Positions 1-13,200 are shown, counted from the first letter of the whole stretch. The stretch: DNA of 63,493 nt, filler included, from Choristocarpus tenellus KU-1152 (GCA_964200185.2; 12 parts of 12 records of this genome joined end to end with filler, not necessarily neighbours in it), one strand, 5' to 3'. The notes: generated by a model from the sequence alone, not told the origin. Numbers and translations: made by a program.

Positions 1-785
1 CTCTCCCGGGGGGCAGAAGCCGTTGCCCTTGCCCCCCATGGCGAGGTTGGGGGGGGGGGGGGGGAAGAGGAGAAGCCACCGGAGGGGACGTTTGAAGAGG
101 CAAAACAGCGGCTTGTATCATTGGCGGAGGTGTGTGTGTGTGTTAGTGTGTATTGAGTGCCCAATAGCTTTGCTCCGATTTATCTTTTTTTTATAGTCCA
201 GTACGTAGACACTTATTTGTTTATTTTTTATGGAGGGTTAGGGCTAAGTTTGGTTAGGTTTTTTTAAGAACTAGTAATGGAGTTTTTTGCGTTTGCCTTG
301 TCTTTTTTCTTCTATTTTTGTTGGGGGGTTTTTTAAGAGGAGATAAAAGCTATTGTGTAGGGGAAAAAAAAACTTTTGCATTTGGATGGACCCTTGACAG
401 GTTTCGTCTAGTTTAGTTTAGTTTTTGAGGATTCATCTGCCAGCCAGCCCCCTCATTCCTTAACAAGAACAAGGCATGAACTAGCAGGTGCACTAGTCCG
501 TCTCAAACATTATTATTATTATTATCATAGTTGTTGTTGTTCTATTGGAGAATCTCCTCCGGGGGGGGTTCCGTTTGAGTTATGGATTTTTATTTTTTGC
601 CTTGCTTTGTTTGCCCGAGAGTTGAGTTGAAGCAGGTGAAAAAAAATTCTAGGTGATTTTTTTTTTTTTGTGTAAACGTTTTCTTTTCTTTTGGCTCGCA
701 GCACTATCTTTTGGAGTATGCGCTCGGTGCATCCATCTTCATAAAACATAAAGATTGCTCTTGTACTGTTCCTCGGCTGTAGAGC

Positions 786-816
<31 letters not shown>

Positions 817-3549
817 TTTTATTTTTTAGGAAATAAAAATAGAGATGAGGTAGAGTAATAAAGCATTAGTGTTCTCTGTTTTTTTTTTAAATAATAATTT
901 TAAATATTTTTCTTTTTTTGTTGTTTGATTTTTTTCTGTTGTATCATGTGCGTGTGTTCTGTTTTTGTTCTGTTTTTGTTTTGTTTTGTTTTGTTTTTAG
1001 GCGGAGATGAAAACAGGATGCGGTTTGACTGGGTGTGGCGATGGGACGAGGGCTACTCTCATGGAGGTCAGCAAACACCGCATGCACTCATCATCCTTGT
1101 TCTTGTTCTTGTTCTTGTTAGTATTGTTCTTGTTAGTATTGTTCTTGTTAGTATTGTTCTTGTTAGTATTGTTGTTGTGGGTGTGCATGATTTGGAGTGC
1201 AACAGGAACCCCTTTTTTTTTTTAGTCTTTTTTTTGTATTAATTATTTGGTAACATCATCTGTACAGTAGTGTGTCGCCGGGGTACGAGTTGATCTTACA
1301 ATTTAAAAATAAATAAATCAAAGCAAGGATCCCGACAGAATGTCTCTAGAACTCCCAGGAGAATAGGTCGCATGACTGGTGTGTACGCCCCTTGCCCCTG
1401 GTTACCTACCATGACCATGACAGACATTTCCTGGGCTAGGGCCAGGGTTAGGGTTAGGGTTGGTGACTGGAGGAGGGGGTAGGGATTAAATCAAATCTAA
1501 CAAGTAGGGTACTGTGCAGTAAATATCTCCTCCGCCTTGAAGGCTATCCAGAGGGCCTTTTCTCTCTGTGTGTGTGTGTGTGTTGGTGTTGGTGTTGGTG
1601 TTATGGGATTTGGAGTACATTCATAGCATCAATGATAAGTCCTTCATTTTTGGACAGTAAAGAGGCTAAAAACGTTTAAACTTAACTTTATATGCTGTAG
1701 AACAGCATATTTCAAAATAAAGATGCTGTAGAATATATTTTTAACATACATATATATATTTATAAATTGTGCTTTTCAAAATAAAGATACTGCTCAGACA
1801 GCGTATCTCTGTAGCAAAGACCCTTCAAAGACTTCAAGAACATTAAATCGTAGTCGTTGTTCTGACAAATTGAGTTTGGATTTGTTTTTTTAGAAGGTAT
1901 TTGTTTAGATCTCAGGATTTCAACTCCTTTCTGGATTTCTACTAGAAGAAAACAACGAACAGCTCAGGTGGGAAGGATTTTCTCAACTTATCCTGGCAAC
2001 TTTTTAACTTCAACTGTTCAGTAGTTTGTTTTTTTGCAATGGAGAAATTGTTCCGAGGGACTTGATACGATAGATGGTGATAGTCCACGTGTGTGTCATG
2101 GCACGTGTGTCAGGCGATGGATGGGTAATAGTTCGATACTCTACTTCACAAGTCTTTTGTGTGTATGCACTCTTAATGTATTATGCATAAAGAACGACGG
2201 CGTTTTTTTTTACTTTTTCTCTTTTTCTTACTGCAATATAAATACACACATATATTTGTTATTATTTAGTTTTAGTTTTATTTTGGGAATCTGACCACTG
2301 GGGGGGGGAAGGAGTCTCTTTTGAACTTTTAAAAACGAATTATTATAGAATAATACTAGTATGATTATTATTATTTATTTATTCAAAATCTGTTCCTAAA
2401 AATAATATTGAAGTTGAACGAAGAAGAAAAAAATGTGTTGTGTATTTAATTTTATTTCTGTTTTGGAAGTCTGCCCGCGGGCAAGGTATGTATCTCTCTT
2501 GAACTTTGAAAACAAATTATTTTTAAATATTATTATTACTATTGATTTTTTGAAAATCCATTTGATACCCCCCGAATAATATTTTTTTAATTTAAAAAAA
2601 ACATTTTTTTCTCTGGTCTTTTCGAGTACCGACCTCTTACTTAAAAACCATGAGGGTTTCCACGCACGCAGGCGGAGTAATACTACCGTGTCCTTGTATC
2701 CCGTTGTTTGATGACATCCCCCACGGCACCATCCCCAAGCCATCCCCCCTATTGCCATTCGAAAGCATAAGCATCTCCACACCTCTCTCTCTCTCTCTCT
2801 TGTTGTTCACTATAATATATAGATATAGATATATGTTCTTTACCTATTGGGGAAAAAATAAAAAGTTGTTCTCTGCTGTCTACTACTGTACGTCATTTTT
2901 ATTTTTTATTTCCTTTTTTGCGGGGGAGGGGGAGGGGGATGCGAGTGTATCAATTTAACGTGATAGTCTATTTCATTCCATCTGAGTAAAAACGCCTGTC
3001 ATACTTGAAACCTTTTTGAAGGTTCATCGTACTGGTTTAGTGTCGGATGGGGGTATATACCTTTGCACTGTCGATAGTGTGGTTTTATACCTTGTGATCG
3101 GTCGTTGTGGATTTCCTTTTGAGTAGCAGATGGTGGGCGTGCCTTGTACAGTCTAGAGCAGATTTACCCTATTCCATTGACGATTGGTATATACCTTAGG
3201 GTGTCATTGGTTATTGTACCATTTTATGACCACAATGACCGTATAATGTTCAGTTACTGTGTTTTTTTCTTTTAGGCCCCAACAACGGTTATCGGTGAGT
3301 GTTCCCGATCTTTAGAGCCATCCCCCTTAAAGAAAGATATTATTTCTATTAAAATATTATTATTATTACAGGGTAAGATTTTGTGTGTGCGTGTGTTTTT
3401 TTGTTTTTTTTTGGCAGGCGGTTGAGAATCTGTTGAGGTTCAAGCAGGGCAACGTGGTGTCAGAGGGCTCGAGTGAGGACATTTTGTCCAAGGTTACGGG
3501 GGAGTGGCGCCTTCTGTACACTTCAAGTAATGCCATGGAGTACAACCAG
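1..3549 (+). CDS. PAP/fibrillin (plastid lipid-associated) domain protein, partial; exons <1-129, 1001-1066, 3418-3549
   Basis: Three phase-0 exons with GT/AG boundaries splice to ...FEEAKQRLVSLAE|AEMKTGCGLTGCGDGTRATLME|AVENLLRFKQGNVVSEGSSEDILSKVTGEWRLLYTSSNAMEYNQ. The 'K..L....T..G....R..+..+V..L' pattern and 'GEWRLLYTS' match the N-terminal half of PAP_fibrillin. Confidence 0.8.
1095..1180. repeat. Simple repeat (CTTGTT)n / 15-nt GTTAGTATTGTTCTT units in an intron
   Basis: Directly visible; it produces the spurious LVSIV and NNTNK ORFs. Confidence 0.9.
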
Positions 3550-3805
3550 GTTGGGAGCTTACTGTGAACGTATGATATTGCATTGTGTGGTGTGGTGTGG
3601 TATGGTGTGATGTGATGCAATGCAATGTAGTGCAATGTAGTGCGATATGATGCAGTGTGATGTGATGCAATGTAGCACTTCTTGTACCGATTGGTTTGCG
3701 TGATATATATATATATATACAGTGCGATCGCGAGATGCATATAAAGAATAGATTTCTTTTTTTCCTTTTTAAATAAGATGGTGATGACCGTTAATTGTAT
3801 CGTAA

Positions 3806-3845
<40 letters not shown>

Positions 3846-3960
3846 ATTGTGATTGCAATGCATGATGAGGTGCAAGCACCCCGTATCGCCTCAACGTAAT
3901 GAACCAGCTGTACAAATGCATTCGATTGGGGGGGGGGGGAGTTCAGTAGACTTGTCTAAC

Positions 3961-4060
3961 NNNNNNNNNNNNNNNNNNNNNNNNNNNNNNNNNNNNNNNN
4001 NNNNTTAATTAATTAANNNNNNNNNNNNNNNNNNNNNNNNNNNNNNNNNNNNNNNNNNNN
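3961..4060. other. Artificial contig linker N44-TTAATTAATTAA-N44 (first of 11; others at 6784-6883, 10759-10858, 19095-19194, 24085-24184, 28453-28552, 31446-31545, 42490-42589, 48673-48772, 52606-52705, 56055-56154)
   Basis: Identical 100-nt spacers whose core gives stop codons in all six frames. Confidence 0.98.
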
Positions 4061-4469
4061 CATATTGGTGAGGTTGATGAGAAAGACGAGATGGAGGAAA
4101 TCTCGGTTGGGCAACGGATCTTGTCAGTAAGAAAATCCAACCCCCCACCCTTGCCACCTAGACTGATGGACTTTACCTACAAAAAGTCTGCTGCGCAGAA
4201 TATGCAACATACACCCCACATTGACTGAAGTTGATGGAGAGGACCAGGTGTTACAGTGTGCCCCCCAGAACTCACCTCCACAGGATATGCAACTCAAATC
4301 CTACGACCTTAAAACGACGCTACGCGGGGGTTCACAGATGTTGACTACGTACGGTGTCAGTTGGTGCTTATCTCAGTCAATGTCTCGCTTTTTGCTTTAT
4401 CAAAAGCGGTAAGAATCAAGAACTGAGAATGTGGTCATCAGCACTCAGCCTTTAAAAGAAATATAATTC

Positions 4470-4713
4470 ACTATTTTTCTACAGCCAAAGAGTTAAATGA
4501 AGTCTGCAAACTGCTATGTAGATACTTCAATCATAAATCTTTATTCTGCAATTTTCAGGAATTGACATCTACTCTGTAAGATTATGTATGCATTTCAAAT
4601 CTTACTCTGCATCTTCTATCAATTCAAAGTTCCTCTTACATGAATTCTTACGTATGTATACTGTTCGCGCATTTTGGCACGCAGATAGAAATGCTCGTGC
4701 TATTCGCCTGTAA
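4470..4713 (-). mobile_element. LTR-like dispersed repeat, homologous to 18789-19094 (+)
   Basis: The reverse complement begins TGTTACAGGCGAATAGCACGAGCATTTCT after a G-rich tract. It shares GATGCAGAGTAAGATT...TTACAGAG...ATGTCAA...GAATAAA with 18789-19094. Left boundary approximate. Confidence 0.5.
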
Positions 4714-5512
4714 CATGCCCCCCAGCGTGAACTAGCAATACGTGTTTCACGCTTACCACAGGCGATTGTCACCGGTGAAGGTAATAGGTATCTTCAATCA
4801 CCTCAGATCATCCTGTGGCAAGGAGAAAGAAAGAAGAAAATACCTAACTCCTACTAGGCCCAAAACATGTATCATTATCAACTTGGAGAAATCTGTCTGC
4901 ATCTAGCCTAATCGGAGTATACATTTACTCTTTCTAAAGTACAGCTACCCTAAGGTGCCAAGTATCATCTAATCATTGCCTCTCTTGCCCCCCAAGCACT
5001 AAGCATACTGACATCTGCTAGTGCGTAAAACAGGCAATAACATCAACATCAGCGATAACGAAAAATAAATAAATAAAAGGCTGAAGAAAGATAGAACAAA
5101 ACAAGGAATTAAGGGAATCAGGTATATGTTCGGATAAAAGAGGAGAAAAAAAAAGATAAACAAGAGATTGGGGAAAAAAATGGAAAAAATACAAAAAACA
5201 AAACAAAATACAACAAAAGAATAATATAAAATAAATGGGGAAAGGAAAAAAAATCCACAGAATAAAGGGGGTCAGGTACCTGATGTACACAGAAAAAAAT
5301 ATTCAAAAACACAAAATGACAAAAAAAACCCATCTTACATTAATTGCTATCTGTTCTGATGTGGGTTTCTTCATGGTTCCAACTTCTGCTATCCTATGTT
5401 CCATGCAGGGACTACCTGTTTCATGCTTACCACAGGCAATAATCATTATCTGGATAAAAAATATCCATCACCTTAGATCATGCTGCAGTGGCATGCATAA
5501 TTGCCCTTTGGT

Positions 5513-5760
5513 AACATAGGGGCTTCAGTTCCGACTCTGCCAGTTGTTTCCAACATAGGGACTCCAGTTCCACCTCTGCCAGTTGTTTCCAACATAGGGA
5601 CTCCAGTTCCGACTCTGCCAGTTGTTTCCAACATAGGGACTCCAGTTCCGACTCTGCCAGTTTTCTCCAACATAGGGACTCCAGTTCCACCTCTGCCAGT
5701 TGTTTCCAACATAGGGACTCCGACTCTGCCAGTTTTCTCCAACATAGGGACTCCAGTTCC
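5513..5760. repeat. 39-bp minisatellite, about 6.5 copies (AACATAGGGACTCCAGTTCCRMCTCTGCCAGTTKTYTCC)
   Basis: Head-to-tail units with no spacers; one unit has a 6-nt deletion. Confidence 0.95.
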
Positions 5761-7615
5761 AAATTAACCCACATAGATTCCAACAATGATCAACAAATCC
5801 CCTCATTTCCTTTGAGAACGGATCCCCAAAGGTCGTAAGGCACAGTCAAGATCAACATATGTCTGACTGGATAAGGTATATACTTTTATTAAAAAAATAT
5901 GTAACTCCAACTAGCTCCAAAACAGGTCAACAAATATCCTTGCTAACCTGGGAAAATTTTCCCAAGGGTCACAGAATACCATTAGAGTCAGATTGCCCCT
6001 GGCCTAGTCTGAGTATACATTTGCTCTTTCTGAATCACACCTTCAAAATTTACAAAGTATGTATCTCTGACAAGGCCTAGAATGAATAGGTCCCCAGTTC
6101 CAATCAGTCTAATCACAAATGTGATTAATTTATCCACGTTCCCTTCGACGTGTCCATAAGGTCACACAATGCAATCCCCGCTAAATTATGTCTGCCCTAA
6201 TCCAAGTATACACTTGTTTCTTTTGAACTGGATCTTCAAAAGTTACAAAATACATAGCTCTGATTGGGCATACATTCATGCGTCTTCTGTCCGTTCCAAT
6301 CTTACCAGTTATATAAATGCAAGTGCTATCAAGGATTAGACTCATATTATTCATGACCTACACAGCATCTGATTATTGCCATGCACCAAGCACACTCAAG
6401 GCTGCTAGTGCGCAAAACAAGAATGAAAAAAATTAAAATAAATAAAGGGCTAATGAGAGCAACAAATAGTAGTAATAATAAATAAAGAGAAACAAAAGAA
6501 ATAATAAAATAATAACTGGCAATAAATATAAAAAAATAATAATATGTGGATGAGGGTAACAAAGTGGAAACTGAATAAAAATAAAATAAAAGAACAAAAA
6601 AGTAAGAAAATAGAAAATAAAAACGTCGGTAAATATGGAGAGTAACAACTATGAAAAAGAAAAATGAAATTGAAGATCAGGATGATGGGATGAGAAATAA
6701 AAATAAACATTAGAAAAGTGATAGTTTATGAAGTAAACTGAGTTTTGTGGGCGGGAGAATTCTGGTTGGCTGGGGGCAAAGGTNNNNNNNNNNNNNNNNN
6801 NNNNNNNNNNNNNNNNNNNNNNNNNNNTTAATTAATTAANNNNNNNNNNNNNNNNNNNNNNNNNNNNNNNNNNNNNNNNNNNNGTAGACCCCCCCCGCCC
6901 CCCCAGATACTTTGGGTCACCACCCCACTACAGATTGCGACCTTGTCGATGATAATATTATGAAGAAAGTGGATACCGACAACCATCTCAAGGACAGAGA
7001 GTGTAATATTTTATCGCACAAACATGGTATGTTGGGGTGATACTTTGAAGGCCTAAAAACTGAAAATCGAGTAAGAATTTTGATGTAGGATATATTACAG
7101 AGTACATCCCATGGCTTGTCTATGTCGAATGGTCGTTTTTAAATTGAGCTTCCGTACTCCATAGGTTATCAATACTTTACAGCAATAGCTAATAATCCCT
7201 CCCTAACCACCTTTCGAGTTTGGTTATTGACATTGAGAAGCAGATGGTTGATATGGTAGGCTCTCCCATACTTTCAAAAATGTTTTCCTTATGAAGTCTA
7301 GACAACAACAGGTAATAGGTTTAGTCCACTGAGCAACAACTGCATATCATATGAGCCGTCCATCTACTACTATCTTGTCAGGGAGGATGAAGAAATCTGC
7401 CCAGTATATTGTCATAGCTGTATTCGACAACCAAGATTCTCATGCCTTGCAGTGATTTCGTTCATTCTAATTTCTTTCAGCACATTGCCACCAACAGTAC
7501 CTCAATTTTCTGCAAGGACACACAGAAAACGAGACTCCACAGACAAAATTCAGACTGTTCCTTCTACAGGATATTGGAGCGATCATATTCAAATTAATCA
7601 AATACGGATGCTCAC

Positions 7616-8446
7616 CTGGACCAGTTCGTCAACTGACAAGTACACATCCTTGAGGAGCTCCATAATATAATCTGACCTCTCCTAATAGGCATGGTGGAGA
7701 AGTAGATTATGTCAAAAAATTGTCGAGGGTGGGACATGAGCTGCTACAGATGTAAACAGGGCATTCTTTGAGGTCATATGTAGGTAGTTCTTAATAAAGG
7801 GTACCTGTGCACTTCTTCTTTGATGACAAATAGACAAGGGATGGAGGAATCAGGTGGCGGCAAAGAGGGAAAGGAGAAGCTGCACAGTGGAATACAATAG
7901 TAGGGTACTAATGAAAGCTATCACAAGGGTCACGTACACTTCCTCACTCACCCCCTGAGCGTTGACCTGATTGAGAGTTGCAATCATCACCTCACACGTC
8001 CTCATCGTCTTGGCAGTTTCGCGCTCACTTTCTTTATATTGATTGGCCAGTGTAGCCAACATCCTAAGGAGCATTGCTGTTTCTGACAAGATTGGCACAC
8101 AGGATTTAGAGCCGAGTTCCAGAACCGATGTAGCTATACGAGATAATGTGGATGTTAGCTCATCAGTATCATGGACATCGGCGAACTCTGTACCAATCCC
8201 TGATGTTCTTCTGCACATATGGTGTGGTGCACCATACTTCCAACATGTCCACGAGGCAATGGCCACCACACAAATCGCTGCCGCTCCTACTGCCCAGACA
8301 AGTGTCAAATCTGTTGGTGTCGGAGGATCTGAGCTTGGTGAGTTGGGCCCAGGAGTGCTGTGCATTGATCCAGGGGTGGGTGCAGGAGTATTCGACGTGG
8401 AACTGGCAGATTGGTGCCAGTGTAAAACCCCAACGGACAAAGGCAA
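7616..8446 (-). CDS. Pro/Ser/Thr stalk + single transmembrane helix + MLKL-NTD-like helical domain protein, partial; exons ~8446-7952 and 7681-7616
   Basis: The ORF has a PST-rich stalk, a hydrophobic segment LVWAVGAAAICVVAIASWTCW, then LSRIATSVLELGSKSCVPILSETAMLLRMLATLANQYKESERETAKTMRTCEVMIATLNQ. A GTGAGT donor at 7951 splices in phase 0 to ERSDYIMELLKDVYLSVDELVQ, followed by a GTGAGC donor. The amphipathic pattern resembles the MLKL N-terminal four-helix bundle as I recall it from brown algal NB-ARC/TPR-type proteins (recognition, not a search). Confidence 0.6.
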
Positions 8447-8839
8447 GGGGGGCAGAGTTTATGAAGGGGGGGACTTCTATGCCAAAGAAGAAATTGTTGA
8501 GGGTTACCTACAGGTGTGACCGGTCCAAGCAACAATAAACTGCAGAGACCTGCAACAATTCGCATACACACAAAGAGGATCACCACTTGCTCACATTAAA
8601 ATTAAATAAAATCAAAACATAGGACTTTTTTGTTCACACGTGAGATACACGTATTGTAGCGGCCTCTAGTGACTCTCCTCCAAACCTCCCTACTAACACC
8701 ACATATTGTGAAAGTGATGCAAAATAACCGTGTTGCTGGCTATACAAGTAATATCCTCGCTCTCCCTTCCTTTCACACACACATTATGTATATGTATCTC
8801 TAGTCCTACCTCTTCAACACACATTGTGAGTCACATCAT

Positions 8840-9085
8840 TTCAGAGGGTAGGGCCTCATCCAATTGGGGTCCAAAATCCAACGTTACGATGTTGATGTAA
8901 TTTTGATTATTGTGTTTGTTAGGAAGTATCAATAACCTTGTTCCGGACGCACCTTTCATAGTCGTATGCATTTTAGGTAACTGTCTTCACACAGAAAACC
9001 GAAAAAGGGCAAAAAAAAACCCGTGGGAAGCCAAGCCCCGAACCGACAAACAGGGTAAATTCCTATCCTCTTAAATGCTTCGACA
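8840..9085 (+). mobile_element. MITE subfamily B, degenerate copy
   Basis: Shares the body CCAAAATCCAA.G.T.CGAT.TTGATGTAATTTTG...GGGAAGCCAAGCC...GACAAACAGGG with 34748-35006 and 40353-40609. Confidence 0.7.
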
Positions 9086-9160
9086 CTGTCTTATTACGGG
9101 ACCTGGTCTGCACAATTCAGACAGAGTAGTGTATACTCATCAATACGGTATTGGTATGCT

Positions 9161-9394
9161 GAGTCTAACCAAGAGGTAGGCAGGGTTTATAGGGTCCCAA
9201 GAAAGGGCAAAATGGTGTAATTTTGTACAAGTGTAGAAAAAGACTGCTAAATTGTGGTATCACATCGTGGGCGGAAAGGGGGGATATCAATTTTGCGTAA
9301 ACTATTGAGCACATAAAAGCAGTCAAATAGGTTGTACTGCACAAGGCAAGAAAGATGGTTTGGAATGTCAAACCTACCCAAACTAGATTGGCTC
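9161..9394 (+). mobile_element. MITE subfamily D copy
   Basis: GAGTC...GGCTC ends; body homologous to 9952-10219. Confidence 0.65.
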
Positions 9395-9951
9395 TGACAC
9401 CACGAGAACTCTTCTCAAATAGCCCCGCTGACCCTTCTGGGGTATTACAGAATAAGGACTATACATATAGGGCTTCCACGAGATGCGATTCCTGATCAAT
9501 CGGAAATTGCCACTTAAGAAAACATGGGTCAATGGGTTGGTGCAATATTAAGGCTGACCGTACACTCTAAACCGTTCACACTTTCTTTCACTCAACGCTG
9601 ACGAACCCCAACCATATTCTATTCGAATATACCGGTAATATACTTGAAATTAATTTATGAAATGTGTAGCCTTGTGAAGTCGATATATGTAGTGTGTAGA
9701 CAACTATTCTCTGTAGCATTTGCAACAAACTACCTAGTTGCGTTTTTTTTCAGGGATTTCATCAGATGGGGAAATTGTGGACGGGGCCAGGCCACAAGCA
9801 AGGTTGGAGAGAATATACTACGTAGTTCTCCCATAGTATTTCTTGACAACAGACCTAATCCAATACCTTCAATGGCTTAACCGGGAGCAAGTCACATGAC
9901 TTTGCTAGGGCAAAATACATTTCGAAAAAACAGAATCGTATCTCATTTTAA

Positions 9952-10219
9952 GAGCCAAAGAAATTAAGAGGTAGGCAAGGTTGCATTTTAGGATCCCAAG
10001 AAAGGCCAAAAAGACACTAATCTATACAATTCCAGAAAGAGCCTTTACGTAATTGTGGTGTCACTTTGTCTGTGGAAAGGGGGAATATCAATTTTGTGAT
10101 ACACGTTATTGTGCACATAAAGCGGTAAAATAGAGTGTACTGGACAGGGTAAGAATGATAGTTTAGACTACCAAGAGTCCAGACCTGCCTGGGTAGGTAC
10201 CTTTCAATTGGTTTGGCTC
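9952..10219 (+). mobile_element. PIF/Harbinger-type MITE (subfamily D) with TAA target-site duplication
   Basis: TAA|GAGCCAAA...TTTGGCTC|TAA. Confidence 0.8.
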
Positions 10220-13200
10220 TAATCTGAGTCAGGTGATTTGCGCATGGATTATGGATTGTGTTACACGGATTTTAAACTTTCAAAAGAAGAGGTCTATGTT
10301 GTGGATACATTCAAAACAAAACTCCCGGAGTACCAAAATAATATTTGCTCTGGAGTATCGTGGATTAAAACAATGGAGTAATGTGAGGTATCATTAGTGG
10401 TAACCCTTTTACCGACAGGGTTGGCCTGGAGGGTATATATTGTTTTCGATACAACCGAACCGTGTAAGTTATCTTCGGGTTGAGGTCGGGTTGTGACCTG
10501 GTTCGGCTGTTGATTGCCGGCCTGGTATGATAACCTCTTTTTTCGTGATGTAGCGGAACTTACAACAAACGTTGCTCTACTTCAACTCGGTGCACCTATG
10601 TACCTTCCAAAAATACTTCTTGACATAATTGCAGTAGCAAATATGCCGTCTTCTTGTGTTAAATGTGTATCACTATAAGCCAACAGGGCATTGATCACAT
10701 TGCTCAGAAAAGAAGAGGGGGGGGGAGGAGGAGGGGAGGTAGGGACCAAGGTGAAGCTNNNNNNNNNNNNNNNNNNNNNNNNNNNNNNNNNNNNNNNNNN
10801 NNTTAATTAATTAANNNNNNNNNNNNNNNNNNNNNNNNNNNNNNNNNNNNNNNNNNNNCCCCCCAGATACTTTGAGCCAGTTTCTTCGGTATTTCTACTC
10901 CTTACCCACCCCAACGTAACCAGTTGCTAATGTAGTCATACATAATCAATAGGGAATCAATATTTACCATGGTTGCATTTTTCAGCAAGCAAATAAATTG
11001 ATGCAGACTCAAAAGCTGACCTCATTGTGAGGGTCAATTCAACTGCGCAAACATCCCCTCTTCAAAAACTGGAGTTCTCTACTAGTCCTATACCTAAGTC
11101 GTATCAGCAAAGACAAGAGTCTTTTTTTTCATTTTTCACAATTTGAGGAAAGATGAGGTGCATCTCACATCCCACTGTATGGGCATGCATACAGTGATGG
11201 TATGGTTCTCCTACAAAGTACCTGTTCCCACTAGGCTGATAATGACCTATGGTGATGATTATGGGGTCTGGTAGAGCTCTAGCAAACCATACACAATAAT
11301 CATCATGTGCATTAGTAGAAAAACAGGCCTAATATCACATTGAGCCAATCAAATATATTCTACAGTCACCCTACACAATCCTCTCCTCCCTCAACCCTGA
11401 GATCATTTTTTTATATATCAATGAAAGTGAGTGCAAGACATTGGCACCCAAGTGGGAAGGAAGCAATAGTGCAATCAAACTCCTTACCAACTATCAACAT
11501 GACTGAATTGCCTGACAGCAGTTCTTCTCAGGTGGGGGACAGATTCAAGATGTGCTTGAAAGGGTATTCGGAAATCATTTTCATCTCAAAATCGGAAGGT
11601 CCGAATGGCAAATCCTACGTAAAAAAAACGAAAAAGGGGTAAAATCTTGTAGGGCCGTCAAGATAGTGACAGTTCTATACCACTCCCCATATGGTGTCAC
11701 CGCATTTTCCATCCTCCGTATGAGCTGGTGGAAGGACAATGATGATGCTGGTCCCGTGCAAGGCAATTACCAAAATATATCATCCTGTTTGGTTGGTTAG
11801 GGTGAGAGATGAGCCCGACCATAGGATGAAAAGTAATGAGCAAGGCGAAGACTGAATTTATTGGATAAGGATCATCTTGAGAAGATGCATGTCCACATGT
11901 GTAAAATCCAAGTTGTGATGTATTACATCCCTTAGTTGAACAATAGTTTGACCTCACTACCCCAGACTTTGTACTAGTGTGTCGTACTTAAAAGCTTGAA
12001 TCGATTACCTCTACTGTCCTTTCCTGTTTGATTGGCAGGATGGTAGCCTATCAAAATTTAGTCACTATCATTGCCTTCTAGTACTAGATCGCTGGCTTCT
12101 GTCAACATAAGCATTTCATGCATATGTCCATGATGTGAGCAAAAATAAAATATACAACTTGCAAATTTCCTTTGCACTTTTTAAGGAATTTCTTCAGCTA
12201 CCAAATTGATACCACAACAGTTGCTCTGAGTTCTTGCTGGTAACTGGCAGTATCAAAACAAAGCCAACACAATTTTTATTAGTACATTGCCGCAAGATTG
12301 GAGTCAGATATATATCCCAGGGTAGGGACTCTGGTTGTGCAATTAGTCGATCTATGTGAAAGCCCTTGGATAAAGTATCAGGATCACAATGTAGAAGAGC
12401 AGTTCCTTGATTCTGGTCAATCTTCTCCACAACCCTATAACAACCAAGAGAGACATCCTATTATTTGGCCTTGGACAAATTCTAGGTGTCAACCATCATT
12501 TGAGGTAGCCAGTGTAGAAAAAATACGAGTCTTTCACTGTATTGAGCAGCAAAACAGGATAGGCTAGGAACCGAACAATAGAAATAATAATCATTGACAC
12601 CCGGGGTCATATCTTTCAGAAACGCATTACACTGGACCGACCCAAGGACTGCACCTCCCAGAAATCTGATTAGCCCAGGACTGAACTTACAAGAAATATA
12701 CGACAGTGGCCTGGCCTTCAAAAACAAAAACAAAACAACCCGATACAGACACTGTCAGTCAACCCAAGTCTGCCTACTAAAGTACATGGGTATTTCTCCT
12801 CAAGCTCTCTCTTTATATATAGCCAACCACTATGAAGATCGAAATTGTTGATTTCAGTTCCACATTGTGGTAGTAAAACAATCACAGCGTATATATCTGG
12901 AGCATTTAGTTTGCAATTTCCCTGAACCAGACCTATCCGCTGTACTGAACCATTCCAATCAAGGCAGCTGGGAACTACACCAGGGCAGCCTGAGACCAGA
13001 CATTTTAGAAATCTTGGAGGTCTGAGTACACTACGACCATGCTGATCCAAGCACCAAACCCTATAAATGAAAATGAAATGTTCCAGGCCACACATTGCAC
13101 CTTCAATATTCTCCCAGCCCAGAAATGAGAAGTCAAGGTAAAGTAGTAGAACTTTTCCCTTCAATAACCTGAGTAAGAAATCTCACAACTTTTGTTACTA

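Noticed and set aside
925-3875. Hydrophobic or repetitive ORFs (925-1242, 997-1188, 2396-2782, 3366-3875)
   Set aside because: They derive from intronic microsatellites and T-rich tracts; only the short spliced exons are supported.
4005-4016. TTAATTAATTAA as a biological motif (piggyBac TTAA or PacI site)
   Set aside because: Always centred in identical N padding, so it is a synthetic six-frame stop linker.
5513-5760. CRISPR-like array
   Set aside because: Units are contiguous with no unique spacers, there are no cas genes, and the context is eukaryotic.
5018-6710. Phe/Ile/Leu-rich 'membrane protein' ORFs
   Set aside because: Translation artefacts of the A-rich tracts.
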